Below are positions 13,516 through 26,209 of a DNA stretch of 64,000 bases, in pieces. The notes below the pieces were generated by a model. It was not told the DNA's origin, searched no databases, and saw only the letters and a list, made by a program, of their open reading frames with translations. The stretch is from contig NC_043004.1 of NCBI RefSeq assembly GCF_006345805.1, positions 36,332,001 to 36,396,000 of the forward strand, in the 5' to 3' direction. Positions within the stretch are counted from its first letter, which is position 1. Every line of letters starts with the position of its first letter. The position numbers and the translations under genes are program-made. This DNA is from Octopus sinensis. Its lineage: Eukaryota.

Positions 13516-14758
13516 ATGGGAGAGAGAGAGAGAGAGAGAGAGAGGTGTACGTACGTTGATTTATGTCAGACGAATGAGGACTCTTCATGTATTGAAGGTA
13601 TGTTGTCTTTTATATTGAAACTGAATGTTTGTCTTGTGACTCGAGCTTCATGACACGGTGTTTCTCTGTTCTCGCCTGAATATCACAATGGCGTAAAACT
13701 CTAGTCGGTAGACAATCTTATATGTAACATTATGTAAAGTTTCTTTACATTATTCATAACAAGATATTGTCCTCTGAACGTTGATAGATCAAAGGTGACA
13801 TAAGCAATCTGTGCTGAGTCTTAGGAAACCCAAAAGTATTTAGCTGAAATGGTTCCTCAGTATTTTGGTATAATCAGTAATTCAATGTACTGTTTATATG
13901 ACCTTTGTAAACAGTTCCTTTCACATTCTTGATCTTCTTTCTTTCTCTCTTATACATAGACACGCGTATGCACACGAGCTTATTTATATATGTGTGTGTA
14001 TATGTGTGAGTGTATGAGAGTATGCATAGATGTCGTAAATCTATTCTCATAATGTACCCGATTGTCTTCACTCCGTGGCCACAGCCAAGGCTCTGCTATA
14101 GCAAAATTACTTGTATGGAAGTTTCAAATTCTCCTTCAAGAACTGGCTTTGATTTTCATAGTAACATACCAAATAATACATTGTTTAATCATGTGTTGAA
14201 TATGAACCGGATTCTTCTGAATTGTTCTATTCAGCTTTTCTACGTCCAAAAATGTTTCTGAGGGACTGAGTTTAATGTCCATTAAACTTTATATTTATTG
14301 AAAAATGTATTAATTATAACTTTATCTTGTAGTCATTAAATCTCTGTTGAATGGTTCAGGAAATTGAGGAATGTTCCTATATGTTTAGAATTCCATGATA
14401 TTAAAACTACCAAAATAGCTACAGTTTCATAGAAATTTCGAAGATATATATTCCTATTGTGTTAAGTCAATAGAATAATGTTATGAGCGTACTGTTAAAC
14501 TTCATAAGTAAATTTAATGTCTTGAAATTATTGGTTTTTACAAGAATTTCCTGAAGATTACAGCGGATTATTAATTTTTTGCCATTAATTACAGTAGCAT
14601 GTGCCTTAGTAAAGAAATAAAGTTTGTACGAAAGAGTTTTCAACTCGATTCAATCAACGTATTTAACCATTTTAGTTATTCCATTAAGTTAAATGGAAGT
14701 GCATGAATGTCTCAACTTCTCAATTTTCCCACAAATATAGTTTATATGTAATACATTA

Positions 14759-15808
14759 TTAGGTTGTCAAGAAAGTTCTTGCGGAATTTTTGATTTTGGT
14801 TTTAAATTATGTATTTTCAAATTAATTTCGTTAAATAACTTTGACTTTATATATCATATTAAAGTCCGTTTTTCGCTCTATCTAGTCGTGTTACTCTTTT
14901 CCTTTTGGAATAATTAGACTATTTTCTTTTTCCGGAACATTGAATACAACATGGACAAAAAACAAATTTGCGCAATTTTCTTATACCAGTTCAAGCTAGC
15001 TCGAAAAGCTGTTGAAAGAGCTCGCGATATCAACGATGCGTTTGGCCTAGGAACCACTAATGAACGTACAGCACAATGGTGGTTCAAGAAATTTCGTAGC
15101 GGTGACGAGAGTCTTGAAGATGATAAGCGTAGTGGTCGGCCATCGGATGTTGACAACGATCGACTAGGAGCCTTAGTCGAAGCCACTCCATGCACAACTT
15201 TTCGAGAGCTTGCTTCTGAATTAGACCTAGCATATACGACAATTTCCAGCCACTTGAAAGAGATTGGACAAACAAAAATACTTGAGAAATGGGTGCCGCA
15301 CGAATTGAACGACAATCCATCACAGCTTTTTGGATCCAGGCGAAACAACTACGGTGGAGAAGTACTGTCAGCGAATGGAAATGCATAAGAAACTCCGACA
15401 ACAACCACCAGCATTGGTCAATAGAAAAGGACCAATGCTTCTCCACGACAAGGCTCGACCGCACGTCGCACAACTGACCCTGCAGAAGTTGAACGAATTG
15501 GGTTACTAAACTCTGCCTCATCCGCCATACTCACCAGATCTCTCGCCTACAGGCTACCACTTTTTCAAGCATCTCGACAACTTTCTGCGTGAGAAATGCT
15601 TCAAAAACCAAGCCGATGCCAAACACGCCTGCATCGCAATCAAAACGCAGGATTTTTACGCTACTGGCATAAATCAACTTGTTTCGCGTTGGCAAAAGTG
15701 TGTTGATTCTGATGGTGTTTATTTCAGTTAATAAAGTTTTGTATGAGCCGAGATATGTGCATCTGAATTTAAAGGTTAAAAACCGCAAGAACTTTCTTGA
15801 CAACCTAA
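14759..15808 (+). mobile_element. Mariner element with both TIRs and an internal deletion
   Basis: TIR TTAGGTTGTCAAGAAAGTTCTTGCGG at both ends, flanked by TA. ORF MDKKQI..FRSGDESLED..WVPHELND joins directly to IHHSFL..HDKARPH..PPYSPDLSP. Confidence 0.95.
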
Positions 15809-17974
15809 TAATATAACTTAATCTTGTAGCATATAATAACCAGTATGGCTGTATAATATTGCTAGAACATACTGAAACCTCCCTGATATATTTGAAAATC
15901 TATTCAGAACCGAATATTGCTTGGAGAGCATAGGTTTCTTAGAATTCGTATATGACTACTGACACTCGGAGGTGGCTGCCCTTGTGCCACGCCCATTCAT
16001 TTGTTTCCCTTTCCTTCGTCAGACATATAGTTGTTCAAACCCCATGACCACCAACCAGAAGTGACCACACCACCCTTCCTCCTTCTTCAGTGCGTCCATC
16101 TTCTGGAACCCCTTCCCTGCACATATTTTCCCACAACCTTCAACTTGCATATATTTCTGAAGTATATTTTAACCATCTGGCTTTTAGCAGTCGGAAAATG
16201 TCTGCGAAGGTCATGGATGCTGGTTCCTCCCACACCAACCCGATAAATAAAATCATGAGAATAAAATCAGAGCATAAATTTAGATTTAGGGATTCTCACA
16301 ATTATAATGTGAAATTTGAACAACATAGCTTTAGTTAATAGATGCTGGGTCTTTGTCTAAATATCTAAAGTACATTTTGTTTTTCAGTATTTGAGATGTT
16401 ATTTCAAGGAAACTGGTAAGTTTATTAACTTTTCTGCACAAGTGTTATTATCATTATTGAGGTTAAATTGTTATTGAATAATACAATTTAAGATTGCATA
16501 ACTCCTAATTTTTATTAAAGAAGTGAAAATAAATACTTTGAAAGGTCATGGATCTTATTACTTTACGGACTTTGAGTCAACAACATGTGTTTGTTGAATT
16601 AGATATGAACACCTCAACAGGATATTTTGATGTCATATATTTTAGTTACGTGGATGGATTATTTCAATGGTTGAGATTGCAAGTTGCCAAAAGCAAGAAG
16701 TTAATAGCTGATTTCATGTATAATTCTAGTTCATGATAATTGCAGCTAATGAGGTTGTGACACAAATTGTGTTTCTTTACAGTTTATATTCTCAGTGTTT
16801 TCTTTGCTTACAGCTTACGCATAATTACATTTCCATTGCAGCTTTAGGCTAAACTGTTAGCTAATAAACAAGTAAGCTTTCCCTTTTCAATATATGCAGC
16901 CTACTAATATATAACCGCCAAAAACGTTAAAACAATAGAAAACAGTGTAGAGGTAAAAAAAAAAAGCATACAATATTAGCTGTATGAGTAGAAGTAAAAC
17001 ATCCAACGTTGGGGAATGAGAGAGAGCAAAATAATGACAATATTGCCGATGGTTTTCACAGCTCATAACAAGTGAGAACATACTGTGAATGAAGGAAAAC
17101 AATTTTGTTAGCAAATATTTCTGTGAATTTACAACATATAATGTACAATAAAAGCAGGTATCCACGCGAACAGTAAAATAGTATTAAAGATATATATTAT
17201 ATGAATTAAAATGTAGAATTTAAGCATTTTCTGAATTAGTATGTGTGTCAGCTCAATTTTACACCTGTCTCATTGTGTTTCATGAAGCAATTCAAGAATA
17301 AACAGAGTGTTGTGACATCGTAAGAAATTGTCTTACACACACAGAGGCAGGTATACAGGTGTGCGTATGTATCTGATACTAATTCGCAATCTATCATTAT
17401 GGACAATGTCTTCGCTTGAGCATAAATAAAAAGTACAACGTCATTTACCGAAAGACATTATTTCTCTCTTTCGCAGAGCATATTTCATCTGCAGCTTTTC
17501 TAATGTTACAAAAATTGGAATGCATTAACTCATCTACTCATTATTTATCACGTGAATGTGATTTGACAGTTTTTAACAACTAATGCAATTTTATAAAACA
17601 TTTAACACTTCTAGGTACAATTATATATGTATTTACATAATGATTCAATAACGAACGCTTCTATGCAAACCGAACATCAGCCAGAATAAAAGGGAAACAT
17701 CTGTTGATAAGAAATGATTATAATTAAAATTACTTTTTAAATATTTTCTTCCATCTTTCTTTTTTATATTCTTTGCGATCTTTCATGCTCTAAATAATAG
17801 GAAGTTTTCAGCCACATCACAAAAAGTAAATAAGAGATACAATTCGTTACACAGAGTTAGCAGGTTTATCTCTCCGGTGTTTCAAAGTAATTTCTGTTGC
17901 CTACACACACACACACACACACACGCGCGCAAACACACACGCAAACACACACACATGCACATACATATATCTGT

Positions 17975-18105
17975 CTCACCGAAATCAACTTTGTCAATCA
18001 TTTGTCCGCGGAGGATAAAGTACCAGTCAAATATTGGAGTCGATGTAATTAACTACTCCCCCCTCCCACCTTCCCCTGAAAATTTGGGGCCTCGTACTTA
18101 GAGGA
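17975..18105 (+). mobile_element. SINE-B fragment, B2-type tail
   Basis: AAGTACCAGTCAAATATTGGAGTCGATGTAAT followed by a C-rich tract and GAAAATTTGGGGCC. Confidence 0.55.
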
Positions 18106-18559
18106 TGAGAGAATGTGATTTGGGACCAAACAGTTTCTATGGGTTAAGAAAAGCGTTTTATGAAGAAATCTAGGTCAGAAGCGATATACATATCGCCAAA
18201 GTATAGTTGCCATTGAATTTCTTTGTCCATTGTTGATTTATTCCATTAGTTATTGGCGAAATCCCTCATGCGTGGAGTTAGATTAGGTCTTAAAGGAATT
18301 GAAGCAGGTGAAATATAAGAACACTTTTTAATGGACAGAATTTCTTATATTCACATAAAAGATTTGTATATATGTAAGACTCTAAAGTCTTAAACGCATC
18401 TTTATACATAACTACATGCATGCGTACATACACATACAAACACTTATATACAAATATATACATCATATTGTATATACAACAACAAACATGTCAAATGATG
18501 TATATAAACATAGACATAGTGATACACAGGGAGACACAAACAGTCATTTATATGCATAT

Positions 18560-18654
18560 CTATCTATCTATCTATCTATCTATCTCTATCTATCTATCTA
18601 TCTATCCATCTATCTATCTATCAATCTATCTATCTATCTATCTATCTATCTATA

Positions 18655-18726
<72 letters not shown>

Positions 18727-18747
18727 CATCTATCTATCTAGCAATCA

Positions 18748-18824
<77 letters not shown>

Positions 18825-18828
18825 ACTA

Positions 18829-18864
<36 letters not shown>

Positions 18865-18870
18865 TCTATA
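18560..18870. repeat. (TATC)n / GATA microsatellite, ~310 bp
   Basis: Directly visible; it gives rise to the spurious YLSI ORFs. Confidence 0.97.
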
Positions 18871-19289
18871 CACACACACACATAAAAACTTAAAATGTGT
18901 GAAAATACGTATAGAAACTCATATACAAATATAAATACACAATGCATAAGCCTAAATATATGCAAACATATTTTAGAATATCTAGTCATACATACATTGG
19001 AATGTAAGCCTTTCAACATAAATGTGTACCGATGCAAATATCACACAAGGCATAAATGCATACACAGATCAACATATGTCATACATAAACATACATCCTG
19101 CATAGGCAAACACATCGGCACAACTTTATACAAATGAAGCTGGATTTTTATTGCTTCATCCATTTTACTTTGGCAAGGTAGAAAAAATCAATTCCTTGTT
19201 GAGTTATTTGTTAGCGATAACAATAGAACAGTTCCAGAATGGGCGCTGGTGTTGCAAGCTGATTAGAATGCACTTGTTTTAACCGAAGG

Positions 19290-19632
19290 GGTTCTGTTAA
19301 AGAGCCCCTTAGGTTATGAATAACCATGGGATTGCAGCTAGAAAGTTACCCACCGAAGCACAAGTCTGGGCAAGGTTGTTTATGGAAGACCAGAAGTCGC
19401 CCATGCATACCACCCTCCTCTCTCTACGCCACCGATGTTATCCAAGGGAAAGGCAAAGATGATATGCAGCTTGACACTAGTGATATCGCAGATCATTTCT
19501 GCAGATGAGTGAACTGGAGCAACTTGAAATAAAGTGTCTTGCTCAAGAACACAACATGTAGCCCGGTCCGGAAATCGAACTCACTATCTCGTGATTTTGA
19601 GCCCCAGGCTCTAACCACTGAGCCATACATAT
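19290..19632 (-). mobile_element. SINE-C (tRNA head + conserved central domain)
   Basis: Minus strand TGGCTCAGTGG (A box), GAGTTCGATTTCC (B box), then TGTGTTCTTGAGCAAGACACTTTATTTCA. Confidence 0.8.
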
Positions 19633-20303
19633 TTTCTGCTTAGTAAAAATCCTAAAATTCAAATCACAAATACTTATTTCTGTCTAAACTGATCTATGAA
19701 TTTACGACTGAGAATCAAAACGGATTTAGATTTTTTTTTATAAATTCGAAAGATAAGAGATAAACTCATCAGAAATTTCAAATGACGAAGGAATGCGCGC
19801 GCAAAGTCTCCGGCTGTGCTAACGACACATATTTATACATATATATACTCATACACACATACATATACACGCAGCACGCACGCACGCATGCGCGCGTACA
19901 CACACACACACACTGATACCGTCAATTTCTGTCTTTATGTATCACTGTTGATGCTCCTGATTAACCATGATCAATTAAATCAATGATCTAAAGTATTCCA
20001 TCCATGACCCCCATCACCTATTATTTAGAACTGCGTTAGTTTATGTACCCTTTTTCTGTTTTTAAGAATGTATGCAGTGGCGCGGTAAGCAAGGATCAAA
20101 AGGAGTATAAAGTGTGCTAATCAGTCAATGTGTCGCAAATGGAAGAGAATGAAACTGGAATCACTGTTCTTTGGGGGAAAAAAAAGACACAACTCGGACC
20201 TAACTTTGGAAGATAACAAGACAAATATTTTCCTTACACAACCATCACTCTGAGTATGTGTGTGTGTGTGTCGGTGTGTGTGTGTTTAAAACCGTATGGG
20301 TGT

Positions 20304-20357
<54 letters not shown>

Positions 20358-20415
20358 GTATATTATTTACATTATTTACATTTGACGGATATTTGTCCTC
20401 ATCTTGTTTGTTGTT

Positions 20416-20461
20416 AACACAACATTTCGGCTGATATACCCTCCAGTTTTCATCAGGTATC
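20416..20461 (-). ncRNA. Minimal hammerhead motif, second copy
   Basis: GATAC-CTGATGA-A-AACTG..CAGCC-GAAAT-GTT-GTGTT; mutated relative to the inferred consensus. Confidence 0.6.
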
Positions 20462-20583
20462 TTGGGGAAAATTTCGAACCCGGGTTCTCATTCCTAAAGT
20501 ATTTTACGATGTTGCTGTTGTTGTTGTTGTTGTTATTGTTATTGTTGTTGTTGTTGTTGTTGTTATTATTGTTATTATCATCA

Positions 20584-20643
<60 letters not shown>

Positions 20644-20830
20644 TCTTTGCCTGGAATCGAACTTGGAATCTTAGGGTTAGTAGCCCGCGCTCTTAACCAA
20701 TACGCCATATGCCCGTGGGCGTAGTGGTCAAGCGCTCTGGTTACTAACCCCAAGATTCCGAGTTCGATTCCAATAATAATAATAATAATAATACCTTAGG
20801 AATTAGAACCCAGATTCGAAATGTCCCCAA

Positions 20831-20876
20831 GACACCTGATGAAAGCTGGAGGGTATATCAACCGAAACGTTGTGTT
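20831..20876 (+). ncRNA. Minimal type-I hammerhead ribozyme motif (stem II decayed in this copy)
   Basis: GACAC-CTGATGA-A-AGCTG..CAACC-GAAA-CG-TT-GTGTT; stem I ACAC/GTGT; palindromic ACGT stem III. Confidence 0.7.
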
Positions 20877-21691
20877 AACAACAAACAAGATGAGGCAAAT
20901 ATCCGTCAAATATAAATAATGTACATATTCTTCATCTCTTAATTATAGAACTGAAATATATGCATGTTTTTATATGTAGAAATAAATATACGTATCACTT
21001 TTGAGTTATCGCCACAGATTTTCTATCCAATAGTGTTGAACCGCTAAACTTAGTGATTTTCTGTAAAATGTCCTCTAGGATGCTTAATGAGTTGGATGAG
21101 GTGCTGATGAAGGAGCAACAACCTCTGAAATATGTATATTGTTATGGGGACAATAGTAATAATGGGACACCCATCCCACGTGAAGAATGGTATGTGCTAG
21201 TCAGTACAAATACAGTAAGGTAGAAAGTCGAGAGGGTGTCAGTCGAGAAGTCGGCGATTGATAATCCTGTCTTCCTTGTCTAACGAACTATACTACTATA
21301 CCGGAGTGGATGTTATAACCGTCCGACAGAGGATTACAACACATATACACCCATTACCTATTTTTCTAACTTCGATCACACTGTTTGCATAGATGTATTC
21401 GTAATCGAAATGGCGTGCCTTTCAGTGCTATCTCTAAATTCTATAGAATTCTATAGAAGCTATAGAGGTAACTTAAAAGGGATTGAATCGCACTGCTAAC
21501 ACAGAAAGTTGGACACAGCACAGACAGTCAAGTCCGCGGGATAAGAGGAATCAAGGTAAGCAGATATAGAGATAATGCCGATAAACAAATAAAATTCAAG
21601 TTGTCTTATTTGTTTATTTACATCATTGTCTCCAGGAATTTACATATATATATATGAGTGTGTGTGGTGTGTGTGTATGTGTGTTTGTATG

Positions 21692-21721
<30 letters not shown>

Positions 21722-21724
<3 letters not shown>

Positions 21725-22140
21725 CAAGACACTTGTTTCAGCCTCTGTCTTTTTGTCACACTCTAACTTTTATCCTCTGACACCATTTTCCCTCCTCAAA
21801 TGCCCCTGCGCCTCTCATAATTCATTGTCTTGAGAGTTACTTGGTGACCTTGCCTGTGCTGGTGTCACGTAAAAAGCATTCACTACACACTGTTAAAGTG
21901 CTTGGCATTTGGAAGGGAATCCAGTTGTAAAAATCAGGCCCAAATTAATCTCGCTTGTGTTTGTGCCACGTAAAAAGCACTGAGTCCACTCTGTAGAGTA
22001 GTTGGTTTTAGGAAGGACATTCAGCCGTAAAAACTCTGTCAAAAGAGACACAGTAGCCTGAAGTAGTCTTCTACCTGGCCGGCTCTGCTCAACTGTCCTA
22101 CCCATGCATGCATGGAAGATAAACGATGATAATGATGAAT
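21722..22140 (+). mobile_element. RTE-tail SINE / non-autonomous element with (GAT)n end
   Basis: Repeated (G/T)CACGTAAAAAGCA motif; ends CTACCCATGCATGCATGGAAGATAAACGATGATAATGATG. Confidence 0.6.
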
Positions 22141-22146
22141 AATATA

Positions 22147-22216
<70 letters not shown>

Positions 22217-22650
22217 TGTATATGTGTATGTATGTATAATGCAAAGTTGTATAATATAGGCCACTACTTGTCCTAGAGATGACCTATATTTCATTCATAT
22301 GTAAAGCAAAATATCCTAACTTTAATACAAAACACAATGCTCAATTACCCCTCCCCCATCAAACACTAAATTCTAATAACCATTTAAGTATATAAATTGA
22401 AAACAAAGAACATAAACCATTATAGATTAATTAAAATCTCCAATTATAAACCACATTTAGAACCTCATTTTTATAAATTGCTTATTAATAACGCACCTAT
22501 TCAAACATATTCCACGTATTTATAAATATTTGTATAATTTCGTAAATTGCTCCAGCAGATAAATAGAGCCAGTAATTATTTCACATTGGTTTGTTTGGAT
22601 CCGTTTTGATTAGTTCGAACCGCTTTTTTTATAAGAGAGTTTTGAATACC

Positions 22651-22886
22651 TATTTCTTTACAACCCACAAGGGGCTAAACACAGGGAGGACAAACCAAGG
22701 ACAGACAAACGGATTAAGTCGATTATATCGACCCCAGTGCGTAACTGGTACTTATTTAATCGACCCCGAAAGGATGAAAGGCAAAGTCGACCTCGGCGGA
22801 ATTTGAACTCAGAACGTAACGGCAGACGAAATACCGCTAAGCATTTCGCCCAGCGTGCTAATGTTTCTGCCTGCTCGCAGCCTTAG
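22651..22886 (-). mobile_element. SINE-B monomer, B1 tail
   Basis: TSD GAGAGTTTTGAA(T/A)ACC at 22635-22650 and 22887-22902. Confidence 0.9.
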
Positions 22887-23012
22887 GAGAGTTTTGAAAA
22901 CCATATAAGTGAGTGGAAATTGGAACAAGGAACACAGAGTAGAGATTCGCCAAATCCACTTCACGCTCACACACTCGTACAAACACACAAACACACACAC
23001 ACATACGCTAAC

Positions 23013-23800
23013 CTGTTTCAGCTTTAAAGCTTTGGTCATGCTGGGGCACCACCGTAGGCAGTGCTGCACCATTATTTGAAACATCCTTTGATATACGGCA
23101 TTTGGTGAATGAGGGAGTTTGATGCTGCTGTCCTCATCTGTGTTTCCTGCTGTGAGGTAGGCTCATCTGGAACGCTTGACAGGAGGAGATCCAGTTTCGT
23201 GTTGAAAACACCTACATTCATTCACACCACGCAGGTCTCCCAAGCATTTTGGAAGGGTATTGAAGAGCTGTGGACCCTTGAAACCCAAGTTGTTCCAGTA
23301 TCTGGTCCTGCATTTTGATGGTGATGCTGGGATCTTTCGCTACATTATATACAGTGGCGCCCCATTCTGTTACATGTGTGACTTTCCATGCCAGAGTTTG
23401 GTACAAGGCCTTCCAGGATTTTCCAGATGTATTTCACTGCATATCTTTCCGGCCTCGGTTGTAGGGGGAAGAGCCTTAACTATTTCAACCTTCCCCAGTA
23501 GCTGATACGTTGTATTCATACGATTTTCTTTGTAGTTCCTTCGTTGGAGTGCTTTGAATTTTGCTGTTGATTTTATATTGTGGGCTGACCATAGTTGAGA
23601 GCAATAGTCCAAGCGGCTGAGGACTTATGACCTCCAAAGGACCATCATAGTTTCCTTTTCTTTCGTTCTGAAAGTTCGGAGGAGGATCGATCCAGCTAGC
23701 CGCCTGCGTTTTATTACTAAATTAATAATATGCACCTGGAAAGATGCATAATTACTCATGTTAATGCCCAGATAACGCACTGATTTTCATTCAGGGATTG
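23013..23800 (-). mobile_element. CR1/L2-group LINE, 3' fragment
   Basis: ILRTFRTKEKETMMVLWRS..LSRLDYCSQLWS..IWKILEGLVP..GPQLFNTLP; 3' end homologous to the SINE-A tail. Confidence 0.8.
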
Positions 23801-23841
23801 CAATTCCTCTTGGAATTGAACCTAAATATATAAATACACAC

Positions 23842-23894
<53 letters not shown>

Positions 23895-24170
23895 TACATA
23901 TATCTGTATACACACACACACACATACATATATCTATACACACACACATACATATATCTATATACACACTCACTCAAGTAAATATAGATGCATACATGTG
24001 TGTGCGTGTGTGTGTGTGTGTGTTTGAAATAAACATCATAGTCTCTTTGTCTCTCGCTAATACTGCAGGAGCTACATAAGGATGTCAAGATGTTGCAAGC
24101 TCCTCTGTTAGCAACTCAAGCTAAAGCATTGTCGGGAATCTTTCTGCATCTTTAGGAACATACTCAGTCA

Positions 24171-24218
<48 letters not shown>

Positions 24219-24220
24219 GG

Positions 24221-24544
24221 TATATAAAAAAAGGAAATGAAGAAAATGCTGACAAAATAATTTAAGTAAGGGAGAGTGTATTTAATTAGGTGAAAGTTAT
24301 TTTTACCGGTTGCGCATTTGTTATGCTTATCAAAAGATATTTTTTTAAGAGAGATAGAGTTCCTTTCTGATAGATTTTTAAGAGAAAAATATCTATCAGA
24401 AAGGAACTCTATCTCTCTTAAAAAATATCTTTTGATAAGCATAACAAATGTGCAACCGGTAAAAAGAACTTTCACCTAATTAAATACACTCTCCCTTACT
24501 TAAATATTTTGTCAGCATTTTCTTCATTTCCTTTTTTTATATAT
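24221..24544. repeat. ~320-bp near-perfect palindrome (fold-back MITE candidate)
   Basis: Arms of ~155 bp (AAAAAGGAAATGAAGAAAATGCTGACAAAA..) around an AAGAG loop; TATATA at both ends. Confidence 0.9.
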
Positions 24545-24577
24545 CACAACTCGTGTTCCACATCTCCTTTTTTAATA

Positions 24578-24623
<46 letters not shown>

Positions 24624-24711
24624 ATATATATATATGTATATGTGTGTGTTTGTGTGTGTGTGTGTCTGTGTGTGTGTGTGTATGTGTGTGTGTGTGTGTA
24701 TTTATATATAT

Positions 24712-24895
24712 AGGAGAGTTCACGAAAAAACAAAAGACGAAGACAGTTGGTGTAGAAAACAAACTGATGTATTAGTATAACGCTCAGGAATAGAAAAAGT
24801 ATTTTAGAGTTCGAGCCTACGCTCTTCTACAGAAAAGGACACAAAAAAAACAAGGAGAGAAATAAGGAGAGAGAAAAAAAGAATGTGTTGTGGCA
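24712..24895 (-). mobile_element. Short Penelope-type terminal element with degraded hammerhead-like motif (copy at 26003-26190)
   Basis: Minus strand CTGTAGAAGAGCGTAGGCTCGAAC; homologous to 57170-57365. Confidence 0.6.
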
Positions 24896-25120
24896 ATATA
24901 TATATTTTATTTTATTCTTTTCTTTACTTGTTTCAGTCATTTGACTGCGGCCGTGCTGGAGCATCGACTTTAGTCGAACAAATCGACCCCGGACTTATTC
25001 TTTATGAGCCTAGGACTTATCCTGTCGGTCTCTTATGCTGAACCGCTAAGTTGCGGGGACGTAAACACACCAACATCGGTTGGCAAGTGATGATGGGGAA
25101 CAAACACAGAAACACAAACA

Positions 25121-25168
<48 letters not shown>

Positions 25169-25465
25169 ATATATATATATACACACACATACATATATCT
25201 GTATACACACACACACACATACATATATCTATACACACACACATACATATATCTATATACACACTCACTCAAGTAAATATAGATGCATACATGTGTGTGC
25301 GTGTGTGTGTGTGTGTGTTTGAAATAAACATCATAGTCTCTTTGTCTCTCGCTAATACTGCAGGAGCTACATAAGGATGTCAAGATGTTGCAAGCTCCTC
25401 TGTTAGCAACTCAAGCTAAAGCATTGTCGGGAATCTTTCTGCATCTTTAGGAACATACTCAGTCA

Positions 25466-25513
<48 letters not shown>

Positions 25514-25515
25514 GG

Positions 25516-25838
25516 TATATAAAAAAGGAAATGAAGAAAATGCTGACAAAATAATTTAAGTAAGGGAGAGTGTATTTAATTAGGTGAAAGTTATTTTTAC
25601 CGGTTGCGCATTTGTTATGCTTATCAAAAGATATTTTTTTAAGAGAGATAGAGTTCCTTTCTGATAGATTTTTAAGAGAAAAATATCTATCAGAAAGGAA
25701 CTCTATCTCTCTTAAAAAATATCTTTTGATAAGCATAACAATGTGCAACCGGTAAAAAGAACTTTCACCTAATTAAATACACTCTCCCTTACTTAAATTA
25801 TTTTGTCAGCATTTTCTTCATTTCCTTTTTTTATATAT
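25516..25838. repeat. Second copy of the palindrome (inside the duplication)
   Basis: Same as 24221-24544. Confidence 0.9.
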
Positions 25839-25872
25839 CACAACTCGTGTTCCACATCTCCTTTTTTAAATA

Positions 25873-25918
<46 letters not shown>

Positions 25919-26209
25919 ATATATATGTATATGTGTGTGTTTGTGTGTGTGTGTGTCTGTGTGTGTGTGTGTATGTGTGTGTGTGTGTGTATTTATATAT
26001 ATAGGAGAGTTCACGAAAAAACAAAAGACGAAGACAGTTGGTGTAGAAAACAAACTGATGTATTAGTATAACGCTCAGGAATAGAAAAAGTATTTTAGAG
26101 TTCGAGCCTACGCTCTTCTACAGAAAAGGACACAAAAAAAACAAGGAGAGAAATAAGGAGAGAGAAAAAAAGAATGTGTTGTGGCAATATATATATTTTA
26201 TTTTATTCT

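Larger units (their letters stand above)
20362..20952. mobile_element. Head-to-head inverted pair of a tRNA-head/(AAT)n/hammerhead-tail element
   Basis: Minus copy 20362-20714 and plus copy 20715-20952. Each has an A box, B box (AGTTCGATTCC), AAT tract and the same ~130-bp tail. Confidence 0.85.

Noticed and set aside
18416-18934. Long ORFs (YLSI/IYLS repeats)
   Set aside because: Translation of a (TATC)n microsatellite.
20376-20753. Poly-Asn / poly-Leu ORFs
   Set aside because: They are the (AAT)n/(AAC)n spacer of the tRNA-hammerhead element.
20645-20772. Genuine tRNA genes (anticodon-like ACT)
   Set aside because: Acceptor stems are not closed and both heads are fused to repeat tails; these are SINE heads.
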